Below, piece after piece: positions 27,462-32,000 of a stretch of 32,000 nt of DNA. This stretch comes from Ostreococcus tauri. Its lineage: Eukaryota. Each line of letters begins with the position of its first letter. Position 1 is the stretch's first letter. Location of the stretch: the NCBI GenBank assembly GCA_000214015.2, contig CAID01000009.2:1-32000 (forward strand), read 5' to 3'. The position numbers and the translations under genes are program-made. Below the pieces are notes generated by a model that saw only the letters and a list, made by a program, of their open reading frames with translations, was not told where the DNA came from and made no database searches.

Positions 27462-28518
27462 TTAATACGGGTTGACGTATCCCGGGCACAGGTTCCACTG
27501 CGGCTTGAGGTCCTTCTTGATCTCATCCGGGGCGAACTCGGTGACGCAGATGTGGGCGAAGATGAGGGCGAAACCGGGGTCGATACCGGGCTTCGTCTCG
27601 ATCTCGTGCGGGTAGTTGGAGAAGAAACCCCCCTTGAGCTTGGCGGTGAAGGCGCCGCACTCCCAGACCATTTCGGGGCCGCTGAAGTAACCGCCGTCGC
27701 CCGGGTACATGTCGAAGCGTTCGATCGTCGTGCCATCGGCTTGCTTGATCTTGTACGAGATCTTCGTCACGTATTTGTGATCTTGAACGGACACCCTGCG
27801 ATGTCGGTGGCCGTTTTCATCGCGCTCGTATGTAATGTTGACTGTTCTCGTGCAGTAGCCCTTGGCTTTGATTTTCACGCTGTACTCTTGTCCCGGAGTC
27901 TTCACCGACCTGATCTTGGCCTCGGAGAAAGTTCTCCACTTCATTGAGTAGAATCTATCGTTACCCGTGTTCGCCATCCGCGAGAACATTCCGGTCAAAG
28001 ACTGGACCATGCCGTTTGAGTCGCCGTCGTCCTCCGAATCGGCACCGAGCGACATGCCCATCTGAAAACTCGGTCGCTCGTTATACTTAGCCTTCCAGAG
28101 CACCTGGCCCTTCTTCTTATCCTCCGGGTTGATTCGCACGTAGTTCTCGAGGTCGATGTATCCGGTGGGATCGAACATTCCCTTTCCGCTTCGGTTCATG
28201 AACAGCCAGCGGTTGTTCACGTCCACCGCGTCGCGATACACCTCGTAATCCTTGTTGAACATCGAGCATGACTTGACGACGAACTTACTCGGACCCTGCG
28301 GGTGGTGATGGATGCGCACCGTCAGTACGCGACGTCACCGCCTCCGTCTCTCCGAGATCGCTCAACGCGCTGTCGACCGAACGTCGTCCCAACACCCCCC
28401 GAGCGCGCGAACGTCAATTCGTCGATTCGAGCACGCGCGCCAGCCGTACCTCGGGATCGGCGATGATGTTCGCCGGCACGTCCGGGGTGGATTCACACAT
28501 GCTCAGACACGCCCCCAT
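27462..28518 (-). CDS. Orphan protein, tandem copy A (300 aa), with an N-terminal MGACLS acylation signal. The model has two exons.
   Basis: Exon 1 is 28450..28518 (MGACLSMCESTPDVPANIIADPE). The intron is 28296..28449 (GTACGG...TACTGAC...CAG, 154 nt, phase 0). Exon 2 is 27462..28295 (GPSKFVVKSCSMFNKDYEVY...CPGYVNPY). The track ORF starts at a GTG inside the intron. I recognise no family. Confidence 0.72.
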
Positions 28519-28774
28519 CGCGGGCGTCGATCGATCGGGCGCGACGAGGCGACGAGTGCGTCGCGCGCGTAGTGTAAGCATACGTATATCTCTGGTATCT
28601 TCGCGGGTCGCCTGCATCAGCGGCGTCGGTCCCTCGGCCTGTGGAGGTGGTGGACTTATTGGATGTATTATAAATATTACGTGTTGATAAGGTGTTGATA
28701 AAGTGTTCATAATATTTCGGTCGAGTTCTTCGTCGGGACGTGCGTTGGAATCGGCGCGGTCGCCGTCGCCGTCG

Positions 28775-29834
28775 TTAATACGGGTTGACGTATCCCGGGC
28801 ACAGGTTCCACTGCGGCTTGAGGTCCTTCTTGATCTCATCCGGGGCGAACTCGGTGACGCAGATGTGGGCGAAGATGAGGGCGAAACCGGGGTCGATACC
28901 GGGCTTCGTCTCGATCTCGTGCGGGTTGTTGGAGAAGAAACCCCCCTTGAGCTTGGCGGTGAAGGCGCCGCACTCCCAGACCATTTCGGGGCCGCTGAAG
29001 TAACCGCCGTCGCCCGGGTACATGTCGAAGCGTTCGATCGTCGTGCCATCGGCTTGCTTAATCTTGTACGAGATCTTCGTCACGTATTCGTTATCTTTAA
29101 CAACGACGTTGCGTTTGAGGCCGTTTTCATCGCGCGTGTACACTATGTTAACTTTTCTCGTGCAGTAGCCCTTGGCTTTGATTTTCACGCTGTACTCTTG
29201 TCCCGGAGTCTTCACCGACCTGATCTTGGCCTCGGAGAAAGTTCTCCACTTCATTGAGTAGAATCGTTCGTCACCCTGGTTCATCATGTTCGCGAACATT
29301 CCGGTCAAAGCCTGGACCATGCCATTTGAGTCGCCGTCGTCCTCCGAATCGGCATCGAGCGACATGCCCATCTGAAAACTCGGTCGCTCGTTATACTTAG
29401 CCTTCCAGAGCACCTGGCCCTTCTTCTTATCCTCCGGGTTGATTCGCACGTAGTTCTCGAGGTCGATGTATCCGGTGGGATCGAACATTCCCTTTCCGCT
29501 TCGGTTCACGAACAGCCAGCGGTTGTTCACGTCCACCGCGTCGCGATACACTTCGTAATCCTTGTTGAACATCGAGCATGACTTGACGACGAACTTACTC
29601 GGACCCTGCGGGTGGTGATGGATGCGCACCGTCAGTACGCGACGTCACCGCCTCCGTCTCTCCGAGATCGCTCAACGCGCTGTCGACCGAACGTCGTCCC
29701 AACACCCCCCGAGCGCGCGAACGTCAATTCGTCGATTCGAGCACGCGCGCGCGCGCCAGCCGTACCTCGGGATCGGCGATGATGTTCGCCGGCACGTCCG
29801 GGGTGGATTCACACATGCTCAGACACGCCCCCAT
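28775..29834 (-). CDS. Orphan protein, tandem copy B (299 aa), paralogue of copy A. The model has two exons.
   Basis: Exon 1 is 29766..29834 and encodes a peptide identical to that of copy A. The intron is 29606..29765 (160 nt, with an extra GCGCGC). Exon 2 is 28775..29605. The protein is identical to copy A apart from two short diverged patches and a few scattered single substitutions. Confidence 0.72.
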
Positions 29835-30032
29835 CGCGGGCGTCGATCGATCGGGCGCGACGAGGCGACGAGTGCGTCGCGCGATGGCGAGACCGTCGCC
29901 ACGCCGACCGGGTGCGTCGAAAACCGGACACACGGTACGTAGTGGAAGCATACATAAAGCCGTGTTGCGAACCAATGGGACGCGACGCCCCGTGGAAATG
30001 GTGTTGACGCCGCACACGTCGCCGCGCGCGCC

Positions 30033-31652
30033 ATGGCGGCGGACGCCGTGATCGTCGACGTCGCTCGATCGGACGAACGCGACACCTTGGTGTGCACGCG
30101 CGCGTCGTCGTTCGCGGAGACGACGTCGAGCGGTGCGGCGACGCGCGCGGATGACGGACGATGGCTGGTGTCCGGTCGAGCGCTCGCGAGCGCGGGCGTT
30201 TTGGCGCTCGTCGCGGTCGTCGGGGCGCATCACGCGTCGCGACGGGGCGAGACGCGCGTGGGAGGGCTCACGGACGCGTTCGCATCGCTCGGTGACGGCG
30301 CTGTACCGATGCTGAAACCCAAGGAGAGGCATCCGCGGTTTGTGGGATTCGAGTACGTCACGCGCTGCATACCGGACGAGCACGTCGAGCGACACGCCGA
30401 GTTCTTTCAGCACGAGATCACGGGGGCGACGCTGGTGACGAAGTGCAACAATGGACACGCGGGCTGGTTCTGGGAGTTCAACCTGAGAAATCCACACACC
30501 TCGTACGAGATGGGGAAGAAGTTAGGCCCTCCGGGACACTGGGAGACGCGCGCGTACGTGGACAACACGTGCGAGTACGGGGTCGTGCTGCATAATGCTG
30601 CGGGAAAACGTCTTTGGGAGATCGGTGGTACGAACATGGACGCGCCGCTAGAGACGGCACCGGGGGACTGTTCGTCACGAACTCGAGGAGGTTCTAACGT
30701 CTACCACAACCGAGGAATGTGGGACTCGCCGCAAAACAATAGCGTCAAGTGGGTATGGGGGACGTGCCGTCAGGAGTGCAGGAAGAGGTGTGATGTGTAC
30801 GCGCTGAAAGATGACTTGCGCTCTCCCACAGGCAATTTGCTGCGACAGCGCGAGCGATACGCCATACACCCGGATTTAGCCGTCGGTGATAGGGGACGAC
30901 TGCACGCGGTGGGAAGTAAAAATTTGCGCAGGATCAGCGCCGGCTACGAAGATATTTGGGCGCGAGAGGACGGTAATGATGTGCAGCAGATTCTCAACGT
31001 CCACGATATGAATGAGACAAACTCCCCGTGGCACGACGCGTGGAATTTGCGTGAACGTAAGGACGACGTCGCCGTAGGAAGGAATAGCGTGTACTACAAG
31101 GAGGGGGCCGGATTCAAGCGCGTCGAGGGCATGTTAGATGGCCACGGTGCGTGGCGAGATATAAAGAGTAAAATTGCCGTCTGGGGTCGTGAGTACTTCG
31201 AGGCAGGAGACTGGTTTTGGAGTTCGCTTGGCGATCGTCACTGGGCGTGCAAGTTGCCGTGCGATGAAAATTCTCAGGGGATCCCCAAAATTCCGTTCGT
31301 GGAGGGGGAGCGCGGCACACCCGAGTGTCACGCGAATAATGAGTGGATCTTTTGTCTCGGCCCTACGACGAAGAAAGTGTACCGAACGCAAGTAATCGTG
31401 AATGCCTGGGACGAAGTCACGGGAGCAAATTATACGTGGGACAATCCCCCGCAGAACGTGTGGACGCTCGTTCCGAACGCCACGGGGTATTCCATCGGGG
31501 TGGGCAAACTCGCAGTTTGGATCGTTGACGACGCCACGCGCGAGGCACGTTACTGTCCACTCCCCTGCGCGTCGGGCGACTGGCGCGTCCCGGAAGCATT
31601 TGCGGGCGAAAGACTCATGTCCATCAAACCTTCCTTGTTCGAAGAACAGTGA
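30033..31652 (+). CDS. Hypothetical type II membrane protein with a Trp/Cys-rich ectodomain, function unknown.
   Basis: The ORF is 539 aa from ATG 30033. One hydrophobic segment (ALASAGVLALVAVVG) lies at about aa 50-65. The rest has many Trp and Cys residues. The short motif LPC recurs (WACKLPCDENS, YCPLPCASGDW). The composition is protein-like. I cannot assign a family. Confidence 0.62.
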   Translation: MAADAVIVDVARSDERDTLVCTRASSFAETTSSGAATRADDGRWLVSGRALASAGVLALVAVVGAHHASRRGETRVGGLTDAFASLGDGAVPMLKPKERHPRFVGFEYVTRCIPDEHVERHAEFFQHEITGATLVTKCNNGHAGWFWEFNLRNPHTSYEMGKKLGPPGHWETRAYVDNTCEYGVVLHNAAGKRLWEIGGTNMDAPLETAPGDCSSRTRGGSNVYHNRGMWDSPQNNSVKWVWGTCRQECRKRCDVYALKDDLRSPTGNLLRQRERYAIHPDLAVGDRGRLHAVGSKNLRRISAGYEDIWAREDGNDVQQILNVHDMNETNSPWHDAWNLRERKDDVAVGRNSVYYKEGAGFKRVEGMLDGHGAWRDIKSKIAVWGREYFEAGDWFWSSLGDRHWACKLPCDENSQGIPKIPFVEGERGTPECHANNEWIFCLGPTTKKVYRTQVIVNAWDEVTGANYTWDNPPQNVWTLVPNATGYSIGVGKLAVWIVDDATREARYCPLPCASGDWRVPEAFAGERLMSIKPSLFEEQ

Positions 31653-31787
31653 ACAGCGGGCGCGCTGAGATGAGTAGCACGTACATAATATGTAGCCATG
31701 AAATTTTGAGAACCTGAATCCTTGTGGAGTACCGGAGGGAGAATCAGCCGCTCGTCTCCGCGCAGTGTCTTCACTCTGCAACGCGTC

Positions 31788-32000
31788 ATGTCTGCGCTCG
31801 TCCGTCCGTCACCGATCGCATCGGTGTGCGTCGTGAGGAAACATATTTCGCACGTGCGGTCGACCACGGTCCCGAGCGCTAGCTCAAACGATGCGCCAAA
31901 GCTTATCTTTGTCTCCAGCGTCGCGAGCGGACATGACCTTGAGGGTCACCCCGAGTGCGCCGCACGCGTTCCGGCCATCTTAAAAGAGCTCGAAAAGGGT
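31788..32000 (+). CDS. Histone deacetylase superfamily protein (class II / HDA-like). Only the 5' fragment is present, and it runs off the window.
   Basis: ATG 31788 opens a frame that stays open to the window end: MSALVRPSPIASVCVVRKHISHVRSTTVPSASSNDAPKLIFVSSVASGHDLEGHPECAARVPAILKELEKG. The H-x4-HPE-x3-R-x3-I-x3-L pattern is typical of the start of the HDAC domain. It is absent from the ORF track because it has no stop codon. Confidence 0.55.
   Translation, partial: MSALVRPSPIASVCVVRKHISHVRSTTVPSASSNDAPKLIFVSSVASGHDLEGHPECAARVPAILKELEKG

Larger units (their letters stand above)
27424..29883 (-). repeat. Head-to-tail tandem duplication of about 1.14 kb in two copies, separated by a unique 177-bp AT-rich spacer.
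   Basis: Copy A spans about 27424..28567 and copy B about 28745..29883. The offset is 1313-1321 bp. Similarity begins about 40 nt 3' of the stop codon (TTGGAAT...) and ends 49 nt 5' of the ATG (...GTGCGTCGCGCG). Each copy then has different upstream sequence. Confidence 0.92.

Noticed and set aside
28296-28319. The N-terminus MRIHHHPQ (His-rich) of both duplicated ORFs, also at 29606..29629.
   Set aside because: The track's M is a GTG codon. The segment is preceded by a TACTGAC box and ends in CAG, so it is the 3' end of an intron. A proper ATG exon with a matching phase-0 donor lies about 155 nt upstream.
27191-29049. Repeated ORFs beginning MARRSNASTCTRATAVTSAAPKWSG... (27191..27736 and 28414..29049) and the + strand ORFs 27429..27947 and 28703..29257.
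   Set aside because: These are out-of-frame or antisense readings of the two duplicated gene copies. They repeat only because the DNA is duplicated. Their composition is Ser/Arg/Pro low complexity.
31134-31781. A 215-aa minus-strand ORF at the 3' end of gene 30033..31652.
   Set aside because: It is antisense to the longer, compositionally protein-like + strand ORF and shows no recognisable features.
1-32000. A search for CRISPR arrays, prokaryotic defence or operon-like systems, transposons, LTRs, terminal inverted repeats and rRNA.
   Set aside because: The window shows a telomere, spliceosomal introns and eukaryotic housekeeping genes. The only repeats seen are the telomere, the microsatellites and the single tandem gene duplication. 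Nothing resembles a mobile element or a prokaryotic system.

Overview
This window is visibly GC-rich, very gene-dense eukaryotic nuclear DNA and it is the left end of a chromosome. It starts with about 180 bp of plant-type telomere repeat (CCCTAAA on the + strand). The first gene begins almost immediately after the repeat. The telomere type, the spacing of about 1.3 kb per gene, the few short introns and the gene content suggest a green picoalga (Mamiellophyceae, Ostreococcus-like). That is my judgement and I cannot verify it here. I can support 23 protein-coding genes, one intron-containing tRNA-His, the telomere, a 1.3 kb tandem gene duplication, a trinucleotide microsatellite and two candidate cis-elements. 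Gene identities come from conserved motifs read in the ORF translations, with no database search. The ORF track uses GTG/TTG starts and ignores splicing. For eight introns I rebuilt exon structures by hand from reading frames, GT...AG boundaries and a recurring CTGAC branch-like box. These are models, not facts. The main finding is a type II peroxiredoxin (26686..27207, minus strand) with an in-frame TGA exactly at the peroxidatic-cysteine codon, in the motif PGAFTPT[TGA]S. An 89-nt SECIS-like stem-loop lies on the same strand about 100 nt past its stop codon. Together these predict a selenocysteine peroxiredoxin that the ORF track truncates. Other findings are listed here.
- Two tandem copies of an orphan gene carry an N-terminal MGACLS acylation signal on a separate 69-nt exon. 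They show long tracts of sequence identity broken by two short, strongly diverged patches.
- A roughly 1090-aa U-box protein is built from repeats of an uncharacterised module.
- A 40-bp nested palindrome containing a G-box sits in a 133-bp bidirectional promoter.
- The 2-Cys peroxiredoxin model needs a 40-nt micro-exon.
- The tRNA-His has a 47-nt intron.
No CRISPR array, prokaryotic-style system or transposon is visible. Many long ORFs in the track are antisense or off-frame artefacts of the GC-rich composition.
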